From Akkermansiaceae bacterium (GTDB taxonomy: Bacteria; Verrucomicrobiota; Verrucomicrobiia; Verrucomicrobiales; Akkermansiaceae), in contig CAIKHZ010000040.1 of NCBI GenBank assembly GCA_903827375.1, positions 470 through 64,469 on the forward strand: DNA of 64,000 nt, read 5' to 3'. Numbering within the stretch: position 1 is the first letter of the stretch; the number at the start of each line of letters is the position of its first letter. This document shows, piece by piece, positions 26,750 to 35,037 of the stretch. A program made the position numbers and the translations under genes. The notes under the pieces were generated by a model that was not told the DNA's origin, made no database searches, and was given only the letters and a program-made list of their open reading frames with translations.

Positions 26750-28129
26750 ATGAACCATCACTTGTTGCTGCTCCCCATCGCCTTGTTGCTCGGCTCATGT
26801 AAGCTCGGCCCTGATTTCAAACTGCCCGCTGCGAGTGGCGGGAGCCAGTGGAAGGAAACACGGGATACGAGTGCCGAGCAATTGCCGGACAAGTGGTGGC
26901 AACTCTTTAGAGATGCCAAGCTCAATCAACTCGTGGAGCGCTCCTTGGCAGCCAACAATGATCTGGCAGCCGCCAAAGCCCGCGTGGAAACCGCCCGCGC
27001 CTTGGTCGGAGTGGACCGCGCCCGGCTGTTCCCAACGCTTAATCTGGCCACCAGCGCAGGCGTCAACCGCTCGTCAGACAACGTGATCAACAGCTCCGTT
27101 GTGAAGCTCACCAACAATGACTTTCGCAGCAGCTTCAAGCTTGCCTACGATCCGGACTTGTGGGGGCGCAACCAGCGTTTGCTTGAAAGTTCCACCGCCC
27201 AAGCCGCCGCCAGCGCCGCCCTGTTCGACGCCCAACGCCTGGGATTGGCCACCGAAGTGGCTCGTCAGTATTTCGTGTTGCGCGGCTTGGATGCCCAGGA
27301 AGCTGTCGTCAAAGACACGCTGGTGAGCCGAAAGGAAGCGCTCGACTTGCAGCAAACCAAGACCGACGCCGGTTTGACCGACGGCTTGGCAGCGAGTCGC
27401 GCCCGCACCGAGTTGGAACTTGCCAACAACGATTTGGCGGTTGTCCAACGCCAGCGCAGCTCGGCGGAACACGCCCTGGCCGTATTGTGCGGTGCCCGAC
27501 CGGCCGATTTCTCGCTGCCGACCAAGGTGGTGGAGCCGGTACTACCCACCCTGCGAGTCGGGGTGCCCGGCAGTGTCCTGTTGCGCCGCCCGGACGTGCG
27601 GGCCGCCAGCCAACAATTGCGGGCTGCCAATGCCCAGATTGGCGTCGCTCAAAGCGCATTTTACCCGAATTTCAGCCTTTTGGGTGAAGCCGGGCTCGAA
27701 TCCCTGAACCTGTCCAACTTTGTCAACGCAGAAAGCCGAATCCTCTCACTCGGTGCCGGTGCTTTGGCCCCTGTGTTCGATGCCGGCACCAATCAATCGC
27801 GTCTCGCAGCCGCCCGAAGTTCCTATGACGAGGCCCTTGCCGGCTACCGCCAGACACTGCTTGTCGCCCTGCGCGAGGTGGAGGATGCCCTGGCTGATCT
27901 CAAAGGACTATCGCGGTCTCGTGCTGCGCTGGAAGCCGCCCTAGCCAGTTCCAAGGATTCGCGCCAACTCTCGCAGGAGCGCTACAACCAAGGTCTAACC
28001 AGCTACCTCGAAGTGGTTGATGCCGACCGCACGGTGCTACAAACCCGCCTCGCTCTCAGTGCCGTCGATGCCCAACACCGGATTTCGCTAGCGGCTCTAG
28101 CCAAAGCACTGGGCGGCGGCTGGAAGTAG
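26750..28129 (+). CDS. RND efflux outer-membrane lipoprotein (NodT/OprM/TolC family)
   Basis: Lipobox LGS-C, WWQLFRDAKLNQL, DLWGR, LLRRPDVRAA, AFYPNFSL and GLTSYLEVVDA. Confidence 0.9.
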   Translation: MNHHLLLLPIALLLGSCKLGPDFKLPAASGGSQWKETRDTSAEQLPDKWWQLFRDAKLNQLVERSLAANNDLAAAKARVETARALVGVDRARLFPTLNLATSAGVNRSSDNVINSSVVKLTNNDFRSSFKLAYDPDLWGRNQRLLESSTAQAAASAALFDAQRLGLATEVARQYFVLRGLDAQEAVVKDTLVSRKEALDLQQTKTDAGLTDGLAASRARTELELANNDLAVVQRQRSSAEHALAVLCGARPADFSLPTKVVEPVLPTLRVGVPGSVLLRRPDVRAASQQLRAANAQIGVAQSAFYPNFSLLGEAGLESLNLSNFVNAESRILSLGAGALAPVFDAGTNQSRLAAARSSYDEALAGYRQTLLVALREVEDALADLKGLSRSRAALEAALASSKDSRQLSQERYNQGLTSYLEVVDADRTVLQTRLALSAVDAQHRISLAALAKALGGGWK

Positions 28130-28206
28130 TACCCGGGATCAAATTGTCTCAGATGATTTCCCAGTTGAATACGAGTAGGTCGCCGTATGTTAAGGGTGTC
28201 TGAGGT

Positions 28207-29283
28207 CTAATACCCAACAACCGGGCTGTGAGTCACCACCGTGGCGCTTGTGGGTTCCGGCAAGTCGGCCGTTAGGGCCGCAAGACCGGCACAGGTGGCC
28301 TGCCATTGGGTTGGCGACCACGGCAGCGGCCGGTGGAGTTTTTCGCGCAGACGCTCGACCCGCTCCAAGGCGTCGGCCAGCAGGGGACGGGGCAATTCGG
28401 CAATAGCGTCTGCGGCGGCGGCGGCGGTATCGGTGCGATGACAAATAAGCGCCAAATCATTGCCGGCCGAGATGGCCAGTTGGGCGTCGTGGCCGCGGCC
28501 AAAGCGCCGGGTGATGGCCGCCATGTCCAGATCATCGGTTAGGACAAGGTGGCGATCGAAACCGAGTTGGTCGCGGAGGAAACCGCGGATGAGGCGCGGC
28601 GAGAGTGAGGCGGGGAAATTGCCATCGATGTTAGGAAATTCGACATGACCGAGCATGATGGCATCGAGTTCGGGCATGAGAGCGGTGTATGGCAGCACGT
28701 CCTCATGCAGCAGCTCGTCGAGGCTGGCATGCACGATCGGCAGTTCGTGATGGGGGTCGGCCACGGCCCGCCCGCCTGCCGGAAAATGTTTGGCGCAAGT
28801 GGCGATGCCGCGCTGGCGCAGGGATCGGTTCCACAGGCCGGCGTGAGTGATGACGTGCTGCGGGTCACGGCCCCAACAGCGGCCGCGCAAGGCATTTTGG
28901 GCGGTTGGGTGGTGATCCAGATCCAGCACAGGTGCCAGATTCAGGTTCACACCTAACAAACGAAGCATTTCGCCGGTCAAGCGGCCCGCCTTAGCGGTCA
29001 GGGCCGGTTGGGCATGGGCGGCCATGGCGTTAGCCGAAGGGATTGCGGGAGCCAAGTCTCTGGTGCGGGTGACCCGCCCACCCTCCTGGTCGATAGCGAT
29101 GAGCGGCTGGCTTTTCGAGAGATCTCGCAGCGAGTCGGTGAGCTCGCGGGTTTGCTCCGGAGTGACGAGATTGCGCGAGAACAGGATGAAGCCCGCCGGC
29201 TGCAAGCGGCGAAAAAGCGCCACCTCCAGAGGGCTCAAACGCGGCCCCGCCAGCCCCAGCACCAACAACGATCCAGCGCTCAC
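28207..29283 (-). CDS. nagZ: GH3 beta-N-acetylhexosaminidase (NagZ-like)
   Basis: GFILFSRN, IAIDQEGGRV, NLAPVLD, KHFP..G...DPHH and VLTDDLDM. Confidence 0.85.
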   Translation of the reverse strand: MSAGSLLVLGLAGPRLSPLEVALFRRLQPAGFILFSRNLVTPEQTRELTDSLRDLSKSQPLIAIDQEGGRVTRTRDLAPAIPSANAMAAHAQPALTAKAGRLTGEMLRLLGVNLNLAPVLDLDHHPTAQNALRGRCWGRDPQHVITHAGLWNRSLRQRGIATCAKHFPAGGRAVADPHHELPIVHASLDELLHEDVLPYTALMPELDAIMLGHVEFPNIDGNFPASLSPRLIRGFLRDQLGFDRHLVLTDDLDMAAITRRFGRGHDAQLAISAGNDLALICHRTDTAAAAADAIAELPRPLLADALERVERLREKLHRPLPWSPTQWQATCAGLAALTADLPEPTSATVVTHSPVVGY

Positions 29284-30359
29284 TGCAACGTCTGGTGGAA
29301 CTGGTCCTGGGCACCCAGGGATAGCACAAAGGCGCTGAGCAAATCGATGACGTGGCCGATGTCATCCAGATGGGCGGTTTCCACCACCGAGTGCATGCAA
29401 CGCAAAGGCAGCGACACCAAGGCACTGGGAATGCCTTCGCGGGTGGTGAAAATCTTGTCGGTATCCGTCCCGGTGAAGCGGCTGCTGGCCTCGTGTTGAA
29501 TGGGGATTTTGGCCGTAGCAGCTACTTCCAGAAGGCGTTTGACGACCATCGGGTGGTTAGCTGTGCCATGGGTGAGGCTGGGGCCGCCGCCGAGTTTGAT
29601 GCTGCCGGTCTTGGCAGCATCGAGGCCTGGGGTATCGGTGGCGTGGGTGACGTCGAGGCAGATGCAGAGATCGGGCTGGATCCGGTAACTGGCCATCGTC
29701 GCCCCGTGCCCCCCGATTTCCTCCTGAATCGCATTCAGACAAACCAAGCCGAAAACCGGTTTTTTTTTCCCGCTGGCGAGCCGTTTCATCACCTGCGCGA
29801 TGATGTAGCCGCCGATCCGGTTATCCAGCGCCCGGCCCACCAAGCGGCGGTTAGCCAGCTCGAGCGGGCCGTCCTGATAGACCGCTGGATGACCGACGCG
29901 CAGGCCCAGAGCGGCGACATCGGCCGGGTTGGATGCACCGACATCGACCCACAGGTCGTGGACGGCTGGGGCTTTTTCGCTGCCTTGTTCATCGCGGCGC
30001 AGGTGGATGGCGGTGTTGCCGATGATGCCGGACACCGGTCCTTTATCACCCAACAAATGAAGGCGGCGGCCACGGGCGGTGGCCGCATCCGAGCCCCCCA
30101 CCCGGTCGAGCCGCAAAAAACCTTTGTCGTCAATGTGTTTGATCATGTATCCAATCTCGTCGGCGTGCGCGGCAAGCATGATCGAGCGCGGCGACTTGCC
30201 CGGAAGCGTGGCCCACGTCGAGCCATAGGCATCGCAGGCCACTTGCGGGGTGTACTGCCGGATCCACTCCGCCCACACCCGTTGGCCGGGCATTTCAAAG
30301 CCGGTGGGACTGGGGGTTTCAAGCAGGCGAAACAAAAACTCACGGTCGTCGTTTTTCAT
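29280..30359 (-). CDS. M42 family aminopeptidase
   Basis: AAHADEIG, ALDNRIG, QEEIG, LDVTHA and MHSVVET. Confidence 0.9.
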   Translation of the reverse strand: MKNDDREFLFRLLETPSPTGFEMPGQRVWAEWIRQYTPQVACDAYGSTWATLPGKSPRSIMLAAHADEIGYMIKHIDDKGFLRLDRVGGSDAATARGRRLHLLGDKGPVSGIIGNTAIHLRRDEQGSEKAPAVHDLWVDVGASNPADVAALGLRVGHPAVYQDGPLELANRRLVGRALDNRIGGYIIAQVMKRLASGKKKPVFGLVCLNAIQEEIGGHGATMASYRIQPDLCICLDVTHATDTPGLDAAKTGSIKLGGGPSLTHGTANHPMVVKRLLEVAATAKIPIQHEASSRFTGTDTDKIFTTREGIPSALVSLPLRCMHSVVETAHLDDIGHVIDLLSAFVLSLGAQDQFHQTLQ

Positions 30360-30596
30360 GGGCTGCCAGATTGAAGCGCTTTCCCGCCCACTGACAAGTA
30401 CAGATCTCATCCGATTGTCCAGTGGAGGCAGTGTGGTGATGGGCGATGAATACTCATCGCAATCAGTAGTTATTCAAGCAATTTTCATAAGTGTCGGGCA
30501 TGAATTCTCGATTTTTTCCCATAGATTAGGTGAAAAATACTGATTTTTTTGTATTTGTGCCTTGACGTGAGTTGAAACCAAGAACACGCTTGGATC

Positions 30597-31103
30597 GTGA
30601 GTGCGGCAGTAATCAGAGACTCAATGCCTGAAGGGCAGATCGGGAATGACCGCAGGAACGGTGGGGCAAAGCATCCGCTACAGAGGAGATGGGTGGACGT
30701 GCATTCTGACGTACAGGACAGTCACGCGGAAATTTTGACGGGAGCGGGCCTGCTGCTGGCGACGTTGCTGGTTATGGTCTTGAGTGCGGTGCTGGTGTGG
30801 TTTGCCTTCTTGCGTGAGAACCAAGTATTCTGGACCAATGCTGGCGGCTATCCGATATGGTTGCGCGATTTGGTTCTGTGGACTTACATACCGTTGCTCG
30901 GCGTCGCCGGTCTGAGTCTGATGGCGCTGAGCATGGCATGTTCTTCTCGAATCTGCCGCTCGAAGCGATTTTTCGCCGTTGAGGGGTTGCTGTTGCTGAT
31001 GGGTTGGGGATTGTTAGCTACCTCTGGCGGCATTGCCTTTAGCAACAATATTGTCAATATCATCGACGGCCGGGACTTGCACTATCACCCAACCTCTCTA
31101 TAA
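30597..31103 (+). CDS. Hypothetical membrane protein (about 3 TM)
   Basis: Three hydrophobic segments; ends 11 nt before the TPR gene. Start uncertain. Confidence 0.55.
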   Translation: MSAAVIRDSMPEGQIGNDRRNGGAKHPLQRRWVDVHSDVQDSHAEILTGAGLLLATLLVMVLSAVLVWFAFLRENQVFWTNAGGYPIWLRDLVLWTYIPLLGVAGLSLMALSMACSSRICRSKRFFAVEGLLLLMGWGLLATSGGIAFSNNIVNIIDGRDLHYHPTSL

Positions 31104-31114
31104 TAGACGGCCCG

Positions 31115-33895
31115 ATGCCGTTCGATCCCGCCCAGTTTGCACAAGATCCCGCCGCCACGCAGACCCTGGCCTGGATGCGGGAAGGGCGCTGGCGCAAGGC
31201 TCGCGATGCCGCCAAAGAATTGGTTAAGCGTGAGCGTGAACGTTACATCCCTTTGCTCATCGAAGCTAACGTAGGATTGACACGCGAAATGTTTGGCAAG
31301 GGGCTGCTGAAAGAGGCGGCTACTGTTGTGGAGTACCTCGCAACCATCGCGCCAGCGTCGTTGGTAGCAGGGTTGCGGGCGGAGTTGGCGGCTCCCGTGA
31401 TCAAGCCCAGCGCGCCGGATCCCGTCAAGGCTGAGGCGGCTGAATGGTGGGCGGCCGCCCTGCGAGTGGACGAGGCGGGAACGGCGGCAATTTCACTGAC
31501 GGATCTAGCGGCCGTTGATTTGTTAGTAACTGCTGCCTTGCTGCCGTCTGTGGAGGATGGTGACGAGCGTGAACTGCGATTGGCGCGGGAGTTGGCGGCG
31601 GTGCGGGCTGCCTGTTCGGCGACGGGTGACGGGCATTGGGATGCGGCGCGTGAGGCGTTGCAGGGCTTGCCCCGCCAATCGGTGTTTCGCAATTGGCGCT
31701 TTTTTTTGCGCGGACTGAGGTGTTTTTTTGAAGATGAACCTGACACGGCCCGGCAATGCTTCGGCGAATTGCCGCCGCATGGAGCGCTGGCCCGCGCAGC
31801 CCGGGCGTTCGACCCCGCACTGGTGCCGGCCGGGCCGCTGGCCCCGGTGAGCGCACGCGTGCCGCTGTATTTGGCGGGCACCGGTCAGCCTGCGGCATGG
31901 AGCGGGCCGCTTGTGGCGGCCACTGCGGCGTGGAAGGCGGGCAAGCGTGTGGAGTCGTTCGAAGGGTTGCTGGCAGGCATGAAGGGGGCGTTTCCGGCCA
32001 TCGCTCCGGGGTTGCCAGCATGGCTCACCAAAACCACGTTGCCGTACCGGACGCGCATGAATCGAGTCGAGTGCGAAGCCGCAGACACCTTGATGGATCG
32101 ACTCGGACTCGATCGCGGCGGCAAAAGACTCCCATCACTCGAGGCGCTCCTCGCTGTGATGCAGCCCATGTGCTTGGCTGAGGCTGATCTAATGCCATGC
32201 TCCATTTTGGACCGGTATTGGCGCAGCGTCATCGAATTGTGGAACCGCTGCGAGGGGCCCAATCCGCTGCGTGATGCGGTGGCTTGGGAGTGGCTCGGCG
32301 AAAATTTAAGCGACATGACCGCTCATCTGGGTCCCGCCAAACCCCCTAGGAATACGCCACCAGACTTTGGCAGGGCGGTCAAGGCCTACGAAAATGCGGT
32401 GGAAGCGGATCCTTCCAACGAAACTGCGGCGCTCGGCTTGCTCACCCTTGTGCAGCGCTCAGGCGATCTCAAGGCTCACAAGCGCTTGCTGGACGACCTG
32501 TTGCAACGATTTCCCCGCAACAAGCCGTTGCTGGTTGCCGCCGCCGCGCAGTCCTCCAAGGACAAGGCGTTCGACAACGCCTTGGTCCAATTGCGCGCGG
32601 CTCTGGCCATCGATCCGCTCGACAAAGACATCAAGGGCGCCATCATGATCGCCTTGGCCAGTCAGACCCGCGAATTGCTGAGTAAAAAGCGCCCTGTGGC
32701 TCAACAATGGGCCGCCATGGAACCCCTGTTGGAGGACCGCCCGCCACGCAAACACTTGATGCTGTCGCGCTGGATGGCTCGGATGAGCCAAGCCCTGCTC
32801 GACCCCGAACCCGGCACCGCGTTGCAAGCCCGCGAAGATGCCGTGCGCCTAGCTCCCTCACTCCTCGAATGCCTGTTGCTGGAGGATTGGCTCGCTATTG
32901 CCTATAGAATCACCCCGCGCCCTGAGTGGCTTAAGGAGTGGAAGGCTGCCATCAAACCCGGAGCACGCGACTGGGTGCTGCTCCTCGCCGTGATCGATCA
33001 GCACGCCTTCATCTCTCAAATCAAAGAATGGGGCAAAGCGATGAACACCCGTGCATGCGGCCAAGTACTCGATATCCTCGCCACTCTGATTGGGAAAAAT
33101 CTGAAAAAGGATCCCGCCGGATTGATCGCGTTTCTGGATCGCACCGCGGTGCTGGAAAAAGGCATCACCCAGCACGCCAGAGATGTTATCGATTGTTGCA
33201 TGCGGGATGTGACTGACGAGCTGGACGAGAACGTCGATCCCTCAAATAAAAAGTTAGATCCACGCTTGCGCCTGGCGTCGTTGATCATGGATGAGCGCAG
33301 CGGTGAATGCTTCTATATACCGGAGCACGAGTTTCTGGGGGATCTAGACAGCGTCGCAGCAGCAGCAGCGGCACTCGGGATGCCGGAGATTGCCGCACGC
33401 GCCAAAGCTCTGCGCGAGAAGGTGACAGGTCCCTCGCGCTCGGATTCCTACGACGACCCCTTCGGCCGCTCAGGATTCCCATACGACGATGATGACGATG
33501 ACGATGACGATGACGATGATGATGATGATGATGATGACGATGACGAGGACGAGGACATGGGTGACGATGTCATTGGCGGCATTCCGCATCTCGCCGAACT
33601 TCTCGAGGCCGCAATCAAGAGCGGCGACTCCCAGGCCCTCCACTCAATCCGCTCCGGCCTGCTCAGCTTCGGTTTGCCTAAGAACGAAGTGGACCAAATC
33701 ATCAATAGTCTAACATTGAAATACAAGCTGACGGGTTTGCCTCCAAGTGGCACCAAACCCAAACCGGTAAAACCAGCCGTTAGAAAAAAGCCGTCGCCCC
33801 AGCCATTACCCCCGCCCTCGCCCCCGCCAAAAAAGAAACCGAAGCCGGGCAAGCCGGCGCCGCCGGTGAATCCCGATCAGCCCGAACTTTTCTAA
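31115..33895 (+). CDS. Large helical TPR-like protein with poly-Asp tract and Pro/Lys tail
   Basis: 926 aa. TPR-like segments (AVKAYENAVEADPSN, ALVQLRAALAIDPLD), D20-EDED tract and PKPKPVKP..PPPKKKPKP tail. Confidence 0.75.
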   Translation: MPFDPAQFAQDPAATQTLAWMREGRWRKARDAAKELVKRERERYIPLLIEANVGLTREMFGKGLLKEAATVVEYLATIAPASLVAGLRAELAAPVIKPSAPDPVKAEAAEWWAAALRVDEAGTAAISLTDLAAVDLLVTAALLPSVEDGDERELRLARELAAVRAACSATGDGHWDAAREALQGLPRQSVFRNWRFFLRGLRCFFEDEPDTARQCFGELPPHGALARAARAFDPALVPAGPLAPVSARVPLYLAGTGQPAAWSGPLVAATAAWKAGKRVESFEGLLAGMKGAFPAIAPGLPAWLTKTTLPYRTRMNRVECEAADTLMDRLGLDRGGKRLPSLEALLAVMQPMCLAEADLMPCSILDRYWRSVIELWNRCEGPNPLRDAVAWEWLGENLSDMTAHLGPAKPPRNTPPDFGRAVKAYENAVEADPSNETAALGLLTLVQRSGDLKAHKRLLDDLLQRFPRNKPLLVAAAAQSSKDKAFDNALVQLRAALAIDPLDKDIKGAIMIALASQTRELLSKKRPVAQQWAAMEPLLEDRPPRKHLMLSRWMARMSQALLDPEPGTALQAREDAVRLAPSLLECLLLEDWLAIAYRITPRPEWLKEWKAAIKPGARDWVLLLAVIDQHAFISQIKEWGKAMNTRACGQVLDILATLIGKNLKKDPAGLIAFLDRTAVLEKGITQHARDVIDCCMRDVTDELDENVDPSNKKLDPRLRLASLIMDERSGECFYIPEHEFLGDLDSVAAAAAALGMPEIAARAKALREKVTGPSRSDSYDDPFGRSGFPYDDDDDDDDDDDDDDDDDDDDEDEDMGDDVIGGIPHLAELLEAAIKSGDSQALHSIRSGLLSFGLPKNEVDQIINSLTLKYKLTGLPPSGTKPKPVKPAVRKKPSPQPLPPPSPPPKKKPKPGKPAPPVNPDQPELF
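33485..33556 (+). repeat. GAY trinucleotide repeat encoding 20 Asp followed by EDED
   Basis: Read directly: gac gat gat gac gat gac ... with an internal pure (GAT)7 run, then gag gac gag gac. Confidence 0.95.
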
Positions 33896-33899
33896 CATC

Positions 33900-34244
33900 A
33901 TGAACCCCTTTCTTGTGCTTGAAGTCGAGCTGGATGCCACGGATGCGGAGGTGCGAGCCGCCTATCAAGCGTTGTTGCGGCGTTATCCGCCCGAGCAGCG
34001 GCCTCGGCAGTTCCAACTGATCCAGGAAGCCTATCAGATGTTGCGGACCGAGCGCGAACGCTGGCGCTGGCGCCTTCTGCACCTCGAACCCAGCACCGAC
34101 GGACCCCTCGAGGCACTTGAAAATTTTTCCCAGCTGCCGGGGCGTCTGCGCCCGCCGGGAGCCACTGCGCTGCGCGACTTGGTGCGTAGCTGTGGGGCCG
34201 CCGCGATGCGTGAGCAAGCCGCAGCGCCGAAGCCCGTCAAGTGA
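33900..34244 (+). CDS. Small J-domain-like protein lacking the canonical HPD (has YPPE)
   Basis: NPFLVLEV..DATDAEVRAAYQALLRRYPPEQRPRQFQLIQEAYQML is a J-domain helix pattern. Confidence 0.8.
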   Translation: MNPFLVLEVELDATDAEVRAAYQALLRRYPPEQRPRQFQLIQEAYQMLRTERERWRWRLLHLEPSTDGPLEALENFSQLPGRLRPPGATALRDLVRSCGAAAMREQAAAPKPVK

Positions 34245-34302
34245 ACGTGAAACACTTCCTAACAACCATAGCTTACCCCTCCCGCTTGCCAACCAAATTG
34301 CC

Positions 34303-35001
34303 ATGCTTATGCCTGTGACTGCAGCTGATTTTTCCCCATACTCCGACGATGCCAGTGCGCCCGATCCGGACGTCGATGACGATGCCTACGAGGACGAGGA
34401 AGAACCCTCCGCCGTCACGTTGCACGACCTCCATGAGGAATTGGCCGCCAATTCCACCGAAACACGCCGGAGCACCCGGCGCATGCTCGACGTACTCAAG
34501 AATTTCGGCTCGGTGTTGGATGCACTTTCCACCACCGTAAACGACACTCACAAGGCCATTCGGGCACTGCCGACTGCCGCCAGCCGCCAATCGGAGGGTA
34601 GCGAACTGCCCCGCGAGTGGGCGCTGGCACTGGTGGAATTGGCGGACCGCATCGAGCGGGTGACCGACGGATTTGCCCGCCCTCCTGCAGCCCGAGCCAG
34701 CTGGTGGCCGGGAGCCCGCAAGTCGCTCGCCGCATGGCGTGACGCCTGGGCGATGCAGGCTGATGCGCTCGGCATCCTGCGCAGTCATCTCGGCGTTTTG
34801 CTCCAGCGGGCCAGTCTCAAACGCCTCGATGTGGCGGGCAAATCCTTCGATCCTAACACGATGACGGCACTGGAATCCGCCGTCGATCCGAGCCTGCCCG
34901 ATCACACGGTGCTGGCCGAAATACTTCCCGGCTGGCAGCATGCCGATGGCCAATTGCTGCGCCCGGCTCAAGTCCGGGTGTCACGCCTCAACCCACGCTA
35001 G
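34303..35001 (+). CDS. GrpE-like nucleotide exchange factor
   Basis: C-terminal GKSFDPNTMTAL..PDHTVLAEILPGW..GQLLRPAQVRV matches the GrpE beta-domain; coiled-coil N-terminal half. Confidence 0.8.
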   Translation: MLMPVTAADFSPYSDDASAPDPDVDDDAYEDEEEPSAVTLHDLHEELAANSTETRRSTRRMLDVLKNFGSVLDALSTTVNDTHKAIRALPTAASRQSEGSELPREWALALVELADRIERVTDGFARPPAARASWWPGARKSLAAWRDAWAMQADALGILRSHLGVLLQRASLKRLDVAGKSFDPNTMTALESAVDPSLPDHTVLAEILPGWQHADGQLLRPAQVRVSRLNPR

Positions 35002-35037
35002 AACAAATTCCCATCACTCACCACTTCCCTTCCAACC

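Noticed and set aside
30443-30460. 7-bp palindrome GCGATGA-atac-TCATCGC upstream of the chaperone operon
   Set aside because: It is short, single and not a CIRCE element; chance occurrence is plausible.
34239-34254. parS-like sequence ..ACGTGAAACA
   Set aside because: Only the right half matches (11/16 positions), and it is not palindromic.
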